Below are positions 26,232 to 34,841 of a stretch of 45,111 nucleotides of DNA, in pieces. Every line of letters starts with the position of its first letter. Positions within the stretch are counted from its first letter, which is position 1. This DNA comes from a virus (lineage: Duplodnaviria > Caudoviricetes). The notes below the pieces were generated by a model that was not told the origin of the DNA, did not search any database, and saw nothing but the letters and a program-made list of their open reading frames with translations. A program made the translations under genes and the position numbers. Location: positions 1 through 45,111 of the IMG/VR virus record IMGVR_UViG_3300009103_000056; one strand, written 5' to 3'.

Positions 26232-26618
26232 ATGATCAACAAGACCACCTACCTCAAGCTCACGAAGCTCAGCGACGCGTTCGTTGACGTCATCCAGCAC
26301 GCACAAGCAACGTGCCAGGAGAACCGCTACCCCGAGGCGGCGGGGGTCAAAACCACCCGCACCACAGCCATCGCGACTCTCGACTTCTGGGAGCGCGTGG
26401 CCGAGGACTGCGAGCGCATCGCGGAAGAGTATGACTGCGGCGACCGCTCGGTCGGTCACGCCACGTTCTCCGACTGCTCGGATGAGTTCATCGCTGCCGC
26501 CGACGCTCGGTTGGTCGCGACCTGGACGAAGCGGGCCAAGACGATTCAGAAGCAAGTCGACCGTGCGCTGTCACACGGCGGCCGATTCATTGACGGCAGC
26601 ACTGAGGACCTCCGATGA
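26232..26618 (+). CDS. Hypothetical early protein
   Basis: Tightly packed in the operon. Confidence 0.7.
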   Translation: MINKTTYLKLTKLSDAFVDVIQHAQATCQENRYPEAAGVKTTRTTAIATLDFWERVAEDCERIAEEYDCGDRSVGHATFSDCSDEFIAAADARLVATWTKRAKTIQKQVDRALSHGGRFIDGSTEDLR

Positions 26619-27040
26619 CCCACACAATCTCAGTCACCGCAACCGTTCAAGGTGGCCACCGCCGCGAAGGCACCGCCATCGGGCGCAAGGGCAGGAAGCT
26701 GCTCGTGCGCTACCTCATCCAGTCCGGCGAGACGCGCGAGCGTTGGCTGCCGCCGAGTCGCTACGAGCTGCCCGAGTGGTGCCGGTCGATCGAGATCTTG
26801 CCGCGCTACGTCGACAAGATCTGCCCGGCGGTGAAGTTCGACGAGCCGGTGCTCGTCGCGCACGACACGCCAACCGATCAGCACAACCAGACGATCCACG
26901 AGCTGCGCAAGTGCAGCGTGTGCGGACGCGACCACCACCTGAACCGCATCTACGAGAAAGTAGAGGGCAGCTGGTGGAACCGCAACAAACGCTACACCGG
27001 CAGGAAGTCACTCAAGCTCGGCGAGGAGGTGTCCTCGTGA
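26615..27040 (+). CDS. Hypothetical early protein with CxxC (CSVCGRDH)
   Basis: ATGA overlap; GAGG RBS. Confidence 0.7.
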   Translation: MTHTISVTATVQGGHRREGTAIGRKGRKLLVRYLIQSGETRERWLPPSRYELPEWCRSIEILPRYVDKICPAVKFDEPVLVAHDTPTDQHNQTIHELRKCSVCGRDHHLNRIYEKVEGSWWNRNKRYTGRKSLKLGEEVSS

Positions 27041-27309
27041 TCTTCTACTGCGCCACGTTCACCGACACCCACGGCCAAGAGCTGAACCGCTTCGACAAGC
27101 AGCGCGCCGTCGCCATCAAGGTGGCGCGCGACGCTGCGCGGCGAGGCTGCTCAAACGTCCGCGTCGTCAAGGTCGACCCACAGGGCAGCCACCAAATCTG
27201 CGAGCTGCTCAACGTCGCGTCCGGCACCCTGGAGATGCACGCCGACGCCGAGGTGGTCTGGAAACCCAAACCCAAAACCAAGGCCGAGCAGGAGGACCTG
27301 CTGTCATGA
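27037..27309 (+). CDS. Hypothetical early protein (90 aa)
   Basis: GAGGAGG followed by GTG at 27037, overlapping the previous stop; 3' part of track ORF 26284..27309. Confidence 0.65.
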   Translation: MIFYCATFTDTHGQELNRFDKQRAVAIKVARDAARRGCSNVRVVKVDPQGSHQICELLNVASGTLEMHADAEVVWKPKPKTKAEQEDLLS

Positions 27310-28040
27310 ACCATCTAATCACCAAAGTTCGCAAGCTCCTGACCACGTCCGCCGATGCCGGGGCTACCCCGGCCGAGGCTCAGACTGCGCTCCGCATCGC
27401 GCAGCGCATCATGGCAGAACATCGCATATCCACTGCGGAGATCGAGCGTGCCGCTCGGGACGAAGCCCGCGCCGCCGGCAAGGTCGACGCCGAGGACATG
27501 GTCTCCGAGGAGATCGGCCGGTGGATCATCCGGCAGGACGGCTGGCTCGCTATGGCCGTCGGCGAAGCGTGCGGTGTTGGCATCTACCGGGCCTGGGGTG
27601 CCGGCGGCAAGAAGACAATGCGAGCCTTCGGGCTGGCGCACGACATCGCCGTCGCGCGGGAGATGTTCGGCTGGATCGCCGAGAAGATGCGCGCCGACCG
27701 CCGCACCTTCTGCCGCCGACACGACGTGCCTGCCGGCAGCGTGGAGGGGCGGTCGTTCGCTGACGGCTACGCGCACGAGCTGCTAGCCAGCGCGAAGCGC
27801 GACAAGGCCGCGCGCATGAAGTCGACCGACACCGTCGAGGTCGACGCGCCCGGTGCCCCCCGTGCCCTGATCGTGCTAGGCGAAGCAGAGCAGCACCACG
27901 AGCGAGCCCTGACTGTCAAGGCCAAGCAGCTCGGCATCGGCAAGGGACGCAGTCGCGCGGTCCGCCGCGACAGCCGCGCCTACGCCCAAGGGAAGGCCAC
28001 CGGCTCCGAGGTCAACCTGAGCCGGGGGGTGGTCCGATGA
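27306..28040 (+). CDS. DUF2786-domain protein
   Basis: ITKVRKLL...ATPAEAQTALRIAQRIMAEHRI N-terminus; SFADGY; AYAQGKATG. Confidence 0.8.
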   Translation: MNHLITKVRKLLTTSADAGATPAEAQTALRIAQRIMAEHRISTAEIERAARDEARAAGKVDAEDMVSEEIGRWIIRQDGWLAMAVGEACGVGIYRAWGAGGKKTMRAFGLAHDIAVAREMFGWIAEKMRADRRTFCRRHDVPAGSVEGRSFADGYAHELLASAKRDKAARMKSTDTVEVDAPGAPRALIVLGEAEQHHERALTVKAKQLGIGKGRSRAVRRDSRAYAQGKATGSEVNLSRGVVR

Positions 28041-28453
28041 ACGACTGCCCACTCTACCGCGCGGAGCACATCGCCTGGGCCCAGGCCACGGTCTTCGCCG
28101 AGATCGTCGAGCAGCCGCAGCTCTGGGTTGACTACGTCACGCAGCACGAGGTGTTCCGCGGGCTGCGCGCTGTCGCCAAGCTGCCCGACGAGCACGTCTC
28201 GGTCTCGCGCGGTGCGCCGCAGCAGACCGGCTGCGCGCTTGCGCGGGTCCAGGAGCAGCACATCGACCTACCACCCGGCCCGGTCTCACAAGGTCTCCTG
28301 ATGCACGAGGTGGCCCACCTGTGCTCGCCCAAGGGTGCTGCGCATGACCACCGCTACTGCGCAAACTATCTCGTCCTGGTGCGCCACTTCTTTGGCGAAC
28401 TGGCCGCGACCGACCTGCTAGCCGCGATGCGCCAGACCGGCGCGTTCGCGTAA
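28037..28453 (+). CDS. HEXXH zinc metallopeptidase-like protein (SprT/Rv0185-like)
   Basis: LYRAE; LLMHEVAHL...AHDHRYCANYLVLV. Confidence 0.75.
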   Translation: MNDCPLYRAEHIAWAQATVFAEIVEQPQLWVDYVTQHEVFRGLRAVAKLPDEHVSVSRGAPQQTGCALARVQEQHIDLPPGPVSQGLLMHEVAHLCSPKGAAHDHRYCANYLVLVRHFFGELAATDLLAAMRQTGAFA

Positions 28454-28469
28454 TTTTTAGGCACACTGA

Positions 28470-28498
28470 TTGACACCCGATGACAAGCATGGTATTAT
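28470..28498 (+). promoter_or_regulatory. Early/middle promoter 3 (TTGACA-N17-TATTAT)
   Basis: Near-consensus sigma70 hexamers in an intergenic gap; upstream ttttagg shared with promoter 1. Confidence 0.8.
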
Positions 28499-28521
28499 CC
28501 CAGCTCGCACAAGGACCACAC

Positions 28522-29304
28522 ATGACCACCAACACACAACGTCCGACCTTCACCGTCACCGCCCGCGGCGAGGACATCGCCTTCACCAGCGCGTTCGATA
28601 CCCTGGCCGACGCCTACCACTCGCTCGACGCGCACGCGCAGAAGAGCGACTTCGCGAAGGACCTGCTCGCCGCTGCGAGAGCGCGACGCCTCTCGCCGAA
28701 GCAGGCCGCGTGGATCCACAAGCTGGCCTCCGACGGCGCGAAGCCGAAGCAGCAGTCGCAGACCGTCGAGGGGCTCGATCTGTCCGACATCATCGAGCTG
28801 TTCGACCGTGCCGCCGAGGCGCAGAAGCGCGCCCCGAAGATCGTCTTCACCGCCCCCGACGGCACGCCGCTGGTCCTCAAGCGGTGCGGCGAGCGCAGCA
28901 GGAACCCCGGTGCCGTCAACATCACCGACGACGGTGAATACCCGGACGCGTTCTGGTTCGGTCGCATCAACCGTGACGGCACCGTGTTCGCCTCGCGTGG
29001 CTGGAAGCCCGAGGTCGAGTCGGCGCTGTCCGAACTGGCACTCGATCCGGCAAAGGTCGCGTCGCAGCACGGCATCGCTACCGGGCAGTGCTGCTTCTGC
29101 AACATCGAGCTGAGCGACAAGCGTAGCCGCGCGGTCGGCTACGGTCCGATCTGCGCCGAGAAGTATGGTCTCCCCTGGGGCGAGGTCAGCGTTGAGTTCG
29201 AGGCGCAGGGGCAGGTCGAGAAGCCGACGACGTGCGGCATCCACGGCACGCCCGTCATCAACAAGCGGTGCCCCGACTGCGACAGGTGGCAACTAAACCG
29301 ATGA
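28522..29304 (+). CDS. DUF6011-like zinc-finger protein
   Basis: GQCCFCNIELSDKRSRAVGYGPICA and an additional C-terminal CxxH...CxxC; ACAAGGA RBS before ATG 28522. Confidence 0.75.
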   Translation: MTTNTQRPTFTVTARGEDIAFTSAFDTLADAYHSLDAHAQKSDFAKDLLAAARARRLSPKQAAWIHKLASDGAKPKQQSQTVEGLDLSDIIELFDRAAEAQKRAPKIVFTAPDGTPLVLKRCGERSRNPGAVNITDDGEYPDAFWFGRINRDGTVFASRGWKPEVESALSELALDPAKVASQHGIATGQCCFCNIELSDKRSRAVGYGPICAEKYGLPWGEVSVEFEAQGQVEKPTTCGIHGTPVINKRCPDCDRWQLNR

Positions 29305-29528
29305 CACACGAACCTTCCACTCTCACCCCTGCCTACGGCCGCGACTACCGGTCGCGGGCAGAGGTGGCTCACGACCTCGTGGCCGAGCGCGACTTCATCG
29401 CGCAGCCCGAGGGCCGCTACATCAACCTGCAACAGATGCGGGATGATGCCACTTTTCTCGTGCGGTTCGGGAAGCTGCGAAAGGTCGCAGTCTTCTCGGT
29501 CGCTGATCTCCGCCAGCAGCAACACTAG
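29301..29528 (+). CDS. Small phage protein (TLTPAYGRDY motif)
   Basis: ATGA overlap at 29301; 75 aa. Confidence 0.65.
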   Translation: MTHEPSTLTPAYGRDYRSRAEVAHDLVAERDFIAQPEGRYINLQQMRDDATFLVRFGKLRKVAVFSVADLRQQQH

Positions 29529-29534
29529 CCCCCT

Positions 29535-30035
29535 ATGACGACTACCATGACAGAACAACAGACCACTCTCTCGCTGACCCTGCCTGCCGGCACGGCGGCG
29601 AAGCTCCTCGCCTACCTAGCCGACGGCTGCCCGTCCGCTGCCGTGCTCGCGTTGCGTGCGGCGAAGGCGAAGGCCGAGGCGAAGCCGAAGCCGAAGGCCG
29701 AGGCGAAGGCGAAGGCCGAGGCGAAGCCGAAGCCGAAGGCCGAGGCGAAGGCGAAGCCGAAGGCGAAGGCCGAGGCGAAGCCGAAGGCGAAGGCCGAGGC
29801 GAAGGCCGAGGCGAAGCCGAAGGCGAAGCCGAAGGCGAAGGCCCCCGAAGCAACCCCTCCGACACGCGAGGTCCTGACTGAGCTGGCCAAGAGCTGTATG
29901 GCGGCGGTCGGGGTGGAGCCCACCCGCGACGTGTTCCGGCAGTTCAAGGCGGCGCGACTGAGCGAGCTGGACGAGCGCAATTACGTGCCGTTCGCTGCCG
30001 CGCTCACCAACTTGATGGACGAGGTGACGTCGTGA
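29535..30035 (+). CDS. Replication-module protein with an Ala/Lys/Glu/Pro linker and a C-terminal helical domain
   Basis: AKAEAKPK repeats; C-terminal [14 protein letters not shown], a type commonly found upstream of DUF2800 genes. Confidence 0.75.
   Translation: MTTTMTEQQTTLSLTLPAGTAAKLLAYLADGCPSAAVLALRAAKAKAEAKPKPKAEAKAKAEAKPKPKAEAKAKPKAKAEAKPKAKAEAKAEAKPKAKPKAKAPEATPPTREVLTELAKSCMAAVGVEPTRDVFRQFKAARLSELDERNYVPFAAALTNLMDEVTS
29661..29843 (+). repeat. Coding minisatellite of 6-nt units GCGAAG/GCCGAG/CCGAAG
   Basis: About 30 consecutive hexamers encoding AK, AE or PK. Confidence 0.9.
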
Positions 30036-30454
30036 TCACAGAAAAGCAGAGAATCTACGGGCTGCTGCAAAAGTTGTCCGACTCCATGGCTGACCTCTCC
30101 GGCCAGCTACAAAAGCACGTCCAGCAGGTCCAAGTGTTGAGCACTAAGGTCACCGCGCTCGAACGGCGCGGCGAGGACGCTTGGCTCGACAAGCCCGCAG
30201 ACGAAGGGCAGCCCACGCAACGCTCGGCACGCGTCACCGATGCCCTGAAGGAAAGGTTCTTCGATGCCTACAACACCCTGCGGCAGCAGTTCGGAGACAG
30301 CGTCACGACCTGGGCCCTCGCGGAGCGCATCCGCACCGCGCTCGGTGTCGACCACTCACAGAACACCATCCACCGGCACCTGATCGCGCTAGGTGCTCCG
30401 AAGGACGGCAAGGCGCCTTGCGCACTGCACGCCAAGAACGGTGGTGCCTCGTGA
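30032..30454 (+). CDS. Coiled-coil plus putative winged-HTH protein
   Basis: [30 protein letters not shown]; GAGG RBS; GTGA overlap. Confidence 0.6.
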   Translation: MITEKQRIYGLLQKLSDSMADLSGQLQKHVQQVQVLSTKVTALERRGEDAWLDKPADEGQPTQRSARVTDALKERFFDAYNTLRQQFGDSVTTWALAERIRTALGVDHSQNTIHRHLIALGAPKDGKAPCALHAKNGGAS

Positions 30455-31599
30455 GCCCCCACGCCAAGCTGCCGCCGAGCGCGGCGCACCGCTGGATGAA
30501 GTGTCCGGGCTCGGTTGCGCTTCGCGACATTCCGCGCACCGACAGCGTCTACTCGCGCGAGGGCACCTTCGCGCACGAGATCGCTGCCGACCTGCTCAAC
30601 AACGGCTCCCGCGCGACCTCCGCGGTCGGCCAGACCGACGGCGAGTTCGTCGTCGATGCGGGGATGGCTGCGCACCTTCAGTCCTACCTCGACGCAGTCC
30701 GCAGCACCTCCCTGCTGACCGGCGGCACGATGCTTGTCGAGCATCGGGTGGGGCTCACCCCGCAGGTATGGGGCACGGCAGACGCACTGGTCTGGTCGGA
30801 GGACGGGACCACGTTGCACGTCTTCGATCTCAAGTTCGGGGCCGGCGTGCCGGTCTACCCGGAGGACAACGCGCAGTTGATGATCTACGCGGTTGCCACG
30901 CTTGCGACGTTCCCGCAGGCATGTGACCGGGTGCGCGCTGTTCACCTGCACATCGTTCAGCCGCGCTGCCCCAAGGACGGCGAGGTTCACCGTGAGTGGG
31001 TCACCTCGACTGCTGAGCTGGAGAAATTCGCGGCCGACCTGACGTCCGCAGCGAAAGCCACCGAGCAACCTGACGCGCCGCTGCGCGCTGGGGATCACTG
31101 CCGGTTCTGCCCTGGCGCACCGACCTGCCCAGCGTTGCGCGAGAGTGCCGTCCAGGCCGCGGTTGACGTCTTCCCGACCGGAGACATAAGCGCACCGGCG
31201 GCTCCGCCGTCGCCTGACACGTTCAGCTCGCAGGACCTTGCGAAGATCCTGCAAACCGCGGACACCGTCGAGGTTTGGCTGAAGGCGATCCGGGCGGAGG
31301 CCCAGGCCCGCGCCGAGCGGGGCCTTGCCGTCCCCGGCTATAAACTTGTGGAGTCCGTCGGCAACCGCAAATGGATCGACGAGAATGTCGCCGCTGCCGC
31401 GATTCGCGGTTCGGGTGGCAACCCCTACACGCAGAAGATCATCTCGCCTGCGCAAGCCGAGAAGCTCCTCGGGCGGGCGGGCAAACCTCTCGTCGCCCCG
31501 CTGGTGGTGCGGCCAGTGAGCGGGGTGAAGCTGGTGCCAGAGACCGACAAACGCCCCGCGATCACCGATCGGGCCTCTGTGTTCGGGAGGATTGAATGA
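30451..31599 (+). CDS. DUF2800-family Cas4-like PD-(D/E)XK exonuclease
   Basis: HAKLPPSAAHRWMKCPGS, EGTFAH, WGTADA, FDLKFG, QLMIYA, HCRFCPGAPTCP; GTG start at 30451. Confidence 0.9.
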   Translation: MSPHAKLPPSAAHRWMKCPGSVALRDIPRTDSVYSREGTFAHEIAADLLNNGSRATSAVGQTDGEFVVDAGMAAHLQSYLDAVRSTSLLTGGTMLVEHRVGLTPQVWGTADALVWSEDGTTLHVFDLKFGAGVPVYPEDNAQLMIYAVATLATFPQACDRVRAVHLHIVQPRCPKDGEVHREWVTSTAELEKFAADLTSAAKATEQPDAPLRAGDHCRFCPGAPTCPALRESAVQAAVDVFPTGDISAPAAPPSPDTFSSQDLAKILQTADTVEVWLKAIRAEAQARAERGLAVPGYKLVESVGNRKWIDENVAAAAIRGSGGNPYTQKIISPAQAEKLLGRAGKPLVAPLVVRPVSGVKLVPETDKRPAITDRASVFGRIE

Positions 31600-31685
31600 G
31601 CAACCACCACCTCGACGATGACGACCGCGTAGTGCTGCCGTGCATCCTACTCTTTCTCATCATTGCCCTGTTCCTGTTCGCTTAG
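31596..31685 (+). CDS. Micro membrane protein (29 aa, MSNHHLDDDDRVVLPCILLFLIIALFLFA)
   Basis: GGGAGG RBS; ATGA overlap with the nuclease stop; translated by hand. Confidence 0.5.
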   Translation: MSNHHLDDDDRVVLPCILLFLIIALFLFA

Positions 31686-31735
31686 TCTGGTAAACTGACG
31701 TCTCCTGTTTTTCGTTCCGTAAACTGTTACTTGTT

Positions 31736-32323
31736 ATGACCGACACCAAGAAGATCGAACTCTCTCCCCGCGACGTCGTCACCTCCGAGGTGCGCCTGTC
31801 TTTCCCCGCTCTTTTCACCCCGAAGCCGCGCTTCCGTGGTTCGGATAGCGAGACCTATCAGGCTGTGCTCTTGCTGCCCCCCGACACCGACATGACCCCC
31901 TTTGACAGCGCGCTCAAGGCTGCGATGATCGAAAAGTTCGGCAAGCCGATCAAGCTTCCGGCAGCGAAGAACCCCGTCAAAGACTGCGCCGAGAAGGGCA
32001 TCCAAGGCTACGACGAAGGCTGGCACTACATCAACCTGCACAGCCGCCAGCAACCTCCGGTCGTCGACCGTCGCGGCGTGCCTGTGACCGACGAGAGCAT
32101 GATCTACGCCGGTTGCTGGGTCCGGGCCTATATCAACGCGTTCGCCTGGGACCACCCGAGCGGAGGCAAGGGGGTCTCGTTCGGGCTCAACGCGATCCAG
32201 TTCGTGCGCGACGACGATCGCCTCGACGGGCGAGCAACGACCACAGCCGTGTTCGAGCCGCTCGACGACCCCGAGGGGTCCGAGAGCCCCGAAGGATCCG
32301 ACGGCGACGATCTGTGGGGGTAG
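31736..32323 (+). CDS. DUF2815-family ssDNA-binding protein (T7 gp2.5-like)
   Basis: VRLSFPALFTP, IYAGCWVRA, GVSFGLNAIQFVRDDDRL, acidic tail ending DDLWG. Confidence 0.92.
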   Translation: MTDTKKIELSPRDVVTSEVRLSFPALFTPKPRFRGSDSETYQAVLLLPPDTDMTPFDSALKAAMIEKFGKPIKLPAAKNPVKDCAEKGIQGYDEGWHYINLHSRQQPPVVDRRGVPVTDESMIYAGCWVRAYINAFAWDHPSGGKGVSFGLNAIQFVRDDDRLDGRATTTAVFEPLDDPEGSESPEGSDGDDLWG

Positions 32324-32326
32324 GTC

Positions 32327-34303
32327 GTGCTCCTCGGACTCGACATCGAGACGTTCAGCTCCGCCAAGCTCGATTGGGGGGCTGACGCCTACGCATCGCA
32401 CCCGTCGACCGGCGTGCATTGCGCGGTGTTCTCGTTGTCGGGAGAACCTAACCAGCACCGGATCTGGCACTGGCTCCCCGGCAGCAAACTGCCCGCCTGG
32501 GTGGTGCGGCACATCGAAGCCGGGAAGCCAGTGCTGGCTCACAACGCCTCATTCGAGGCGGCGGTCGTGCAGCATGTTCTCAGCCCTCAGTTCGGCTGGC
32601 CTCTGGTCCGAACCAGCCAATGGGTCGACTCGCTATCGATCGCCGCCTCACTAAGTTTGCCGGTCAGCTTGGAAATGCTGGCCAAGACGCTGCATGTTGC
32701 AGACCTCAAGGATGAAGAAGGCAGCAAGCTGATGCGGAGGCTCGCGAACGCTAACGTCGAGCCGACACCGGCCGAGCTGCAACGCCTGCTGCTCTACTGC
32801 GAGAACGACGTCAGGGCGATGCTCGCCTGCTACCGGCGCATGCCGAAGCCGCCGGCCATCGAGGTCGACATCATGAACGAGGACCGCGAGATCAACGCTC
32901 GGGGGGTCTACTTGGATCGCCGGTTTGCGGCGGCCATGCGCCGCATGGCGACCCGGCGCGAACACCAAATCATTCGCCGAGTCTTCGACCTCACGAACGA
33001 CCTGCTGAGCACGGCCGCCCAGCCCGTAAAGCGCTGGTTGCAGGACCGCGGGGTCGAGCTGCCGATGGCAAAGCGGAAGCGCGGCGACGGCACCGTTGAG
33101 ACAACCCCGACACTCGACCGTGCGGCCATGGCCCAGATGCTCGCCGACCCGGACCTGGACCCGAAGGTTCGAGATCTGCTCTCCGCCCGCAGCGAGGCTA
33201 GCCGGGCTACCTCACTAGCTAAGCTCGGTCGGGTCGACGCCATGGTGGGGCCGGACGGGCGCCTGCGGTGGGCCATGCGCTACTGCGGGGCCCACACGGG
33301 CCGGTGGAGTAGCAAAGGCTACCAGCTGCACAACCAGCCCCAGAGCCGCTTGGGGGGCCTCGCCGAGCCGCTCAGAACCGCCGTGCTGGGCGAGGACCTA
33401 CAGGCAGCGCTAAAGACGGCGCCGGACCTGATGGCTGGGCTGAGCCAGCTCCTACGCTCTGTGGTCGCCGCAGCGCCCGGCCACGAGCTGATCGGCGGAG
33501 ACTACTCCGCGGTCGAGGCGAGGATCTTGGCGTGGCTGGCGGGCCAGGAGGACGTCCTGGCGGTGTTCGCAGACGGCCGTGATATCTACGTCGAGGATGC
33601 CGCAAATATCGGCTCCGACAACCGGCAGCTCGGGAAGGTCCAGCGGCTCGCGCTAGGCTATGGCATGGGCGCGATCAAGTTCAGGGACACCGCCGCCGAC
33701 TACGGCGTCGCGCTCGACCTCAAGCAGGCCCGCGAAATCCAACAACGGTGGCGCAAAGCGAACCCCGCGATCGTCCAATTCTGGCGGGCCTTGCAGGATG
33801 CGGCAGCCGAAGCCGTGCATCATCGCGGCACCGAGGTCGAGGTCGGCCGAGTCACGCTAGTCGCCGGCAAGCGATGTCTGCGCATTCGCCTACCCTCCGG
33901 CCGGTGTCTGCACTACTGGGGCCCGCGGCAACGCGACGTCATCCGCAAGATCGAGACCGTCGACCCTGCCGGCAACATCGTCGCGGAGGAGGTGCAGATG
34001 CGAGAGCTGCAATTCCTCACCGGGGGCGGCGGAGGCATGCGGCAACAGAGCACCTACGGGGGCAAGCTCGCGGAAAACGTCACGCAAGCCGTCGCGCGCG
34101 ATCTGCTCGGTGCTGCGATGTTGCGCTTCCGCGGCTCGCACTACCGAACGGTCATGCACGTCCACGATTCGATCGTCTCGGAGGTCGAAGCCGGCACCGG
34201 CTCAGTCAGCGAATTTTGCGCGGTCATGGCGACCAACCCGGACTGGGCGGACGGCTTGCCGACCGAGGTCGAAGGGTATCGCAGTAGACATTTCCGAGGC
34301 TGA
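32327..34303 (+). CDS. polA: DNA polymerase family A (3'-5' exonuclease plus polymerase)
   Basis: ExoI LDIETFS, ExoII AHNASFE, ExoIII YCEND, TGRWSS, motif A DYSAVEAR, motif B RQLGKVQRLALGYG, motif C HVHDSIV. Confidence 0.95.
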   Translation: MLLGLDIETFSSAKLDWGADAYASHPSTGVHCAVFSLSGEPNQHRIWHWLPGSKLPAWVVRHIEAGKPVLAHNASFEAAVVQHVLSPQFGWPLVRTSQWVDSLSIAASLSLPVSLEMLAKTLHVADLKDEEGSKLMRRLANANVEPTPAELQRLLLYCENDVRAMLACYRRMPKPPAIEVDIMNEDREINARGVYLDRRFAAAMRRMATRREHQIIRRVFDLTNDLLSTAAQPVKRWLQDRGVELPMAKRKRGDGTVETTPTLDRAAMAQMLADPDLDPKVRDLLSARSEASRATSLAKLGRVDAMVGPDGRLRWAMRYCGAHTGRWSSKGYQLHNQPQSRLGGLAEPLRTAVLGEDLQAALKTAPDLMAGLSQLLRSVVAAAPGHELIGGDYSAVEARILAWLAGQEDVLAVFADGRDIYVEDAANIGSDNRQLGKVQRLALGYGMGAIKFRDTAADYGVALDLKQAREIQQRWRKANPAIVQFWRALQDAAAEAVHHRGTEVEVGRVTLVAGKRCLRIRLPSGRCLHYWGPRQRDVIRKIETVDPAGNIVAEEVQMRELQFLTGGGGGMRQQSTYGGKLAENVTQAVARDLLGAAMLRFRGSHYRTVMHVHDSIVSEVEAGTGSVSEFCAVMATNPDWADGLPTEVEGYRSRHFRG

Positions 34304-34313
34304 CACCTAAAGT
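34285..34313 (+). promoter_or_regulatory. Promoter, probably leaderless, for the HTH gene
   Basis: TAGACA-N17-TAAAGT-N6-ATG(34320). Confidence 0.6.
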
Positions 34314-34319
34314 AAACAC

Positions 34320-34571
34320 ATGCCCAAAACACAGCAAACCTTCACCGATTTGGTCGCCCGAGTCCGCGCAGCGCGTCAACCGGGCGAGCGACCTATACCC
34401 TACCGTCTCGTAGCCGAGCGGTGCGGCATCAGCCGACAGCACCTCTATCACCTGATGGGTGGGTCGCAGACCGCGAGCACATGGGTCGAGGAGCGGGTCG
34501 CTGCCGGCCTTGACGTCTCGCTGCGCACTGTGCAACGTGCGCTCAAGGCGAGCCGGGAGGCCGCGCAGTGA
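34320..34571 (+). CDS. XRE/Cro-like HTH DNA-binding protein
   Basis: YRLVAERCGISRQHLYHLMGG...RVAAGLDVS. Confidence 0.8.
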   Translation: MPKTQQTFTDLVARVRAARQPGERPIPYRLVAERCGISRQHLYHLMGGSQTASTWVEERVAAGLDVSLRTVQRALKASREAAQ

Positions 34572-34840
34572 GTTCTTCGATCCTCGACGTCGCGAAGACC
34601 CTCGTCAACGGAGACCGCCAGCATGCCTACGGGGTGCCGGAGGTCAACCACGAGCGCACGGCAGAGCTGTGGTCGGCCTACCTCGGGCCCGACTACCACC
34701 TCACCGCGCACGACGTCTGTATGCTGAACATCCTGCAAAAGGTCAGCCGGCTCGCCCACGCGCCGACACGCGACGGGCACGTCGATATCGCCGGCTACGC
34801 AGAGAACGCCGAGCGGTGTGCCGCGGCTAACCAGGACTAG
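34568..34840 (+). CDS. DUF6378-like protein
   Basis: LVNGDRQHAYG...AELWSAYL...KVSR...DIAGYA. Confidence 0.85.
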   Translation: MSSSILDVAKTLVNGDRQHAYGVPEVNHERTAELWSAYLGPDYHLTAHDVCMLNILQKVSRLAHAPTRDGHVDIAGYAENAERCAAANQD

Positions 34841-34841
34841 G

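Noticed and set aside
8545-27309. Shared C-terminal motif (GDLIS, EDLTS, DQLLS, EDLLS) as a docking signal
   Set aside because: In GDLIS and EDLLS it is the by-product of an SD plus TCATGA overlap for the next gene; the remaining two cases are too weak.
29542-29980. Arg-rich, Ser/Pro-rich and Phe/Ala-rich ORFs over the minisatellite
   Set aside because: They are alternative-frame shadows of the AK/AE/PK repeat.
30451-31599. Cas4-like gene as part of a CRISPR-Cas system
   Set aside because: It sits in the usual nuclease-SSB-PolA replication context with no other cas genes.
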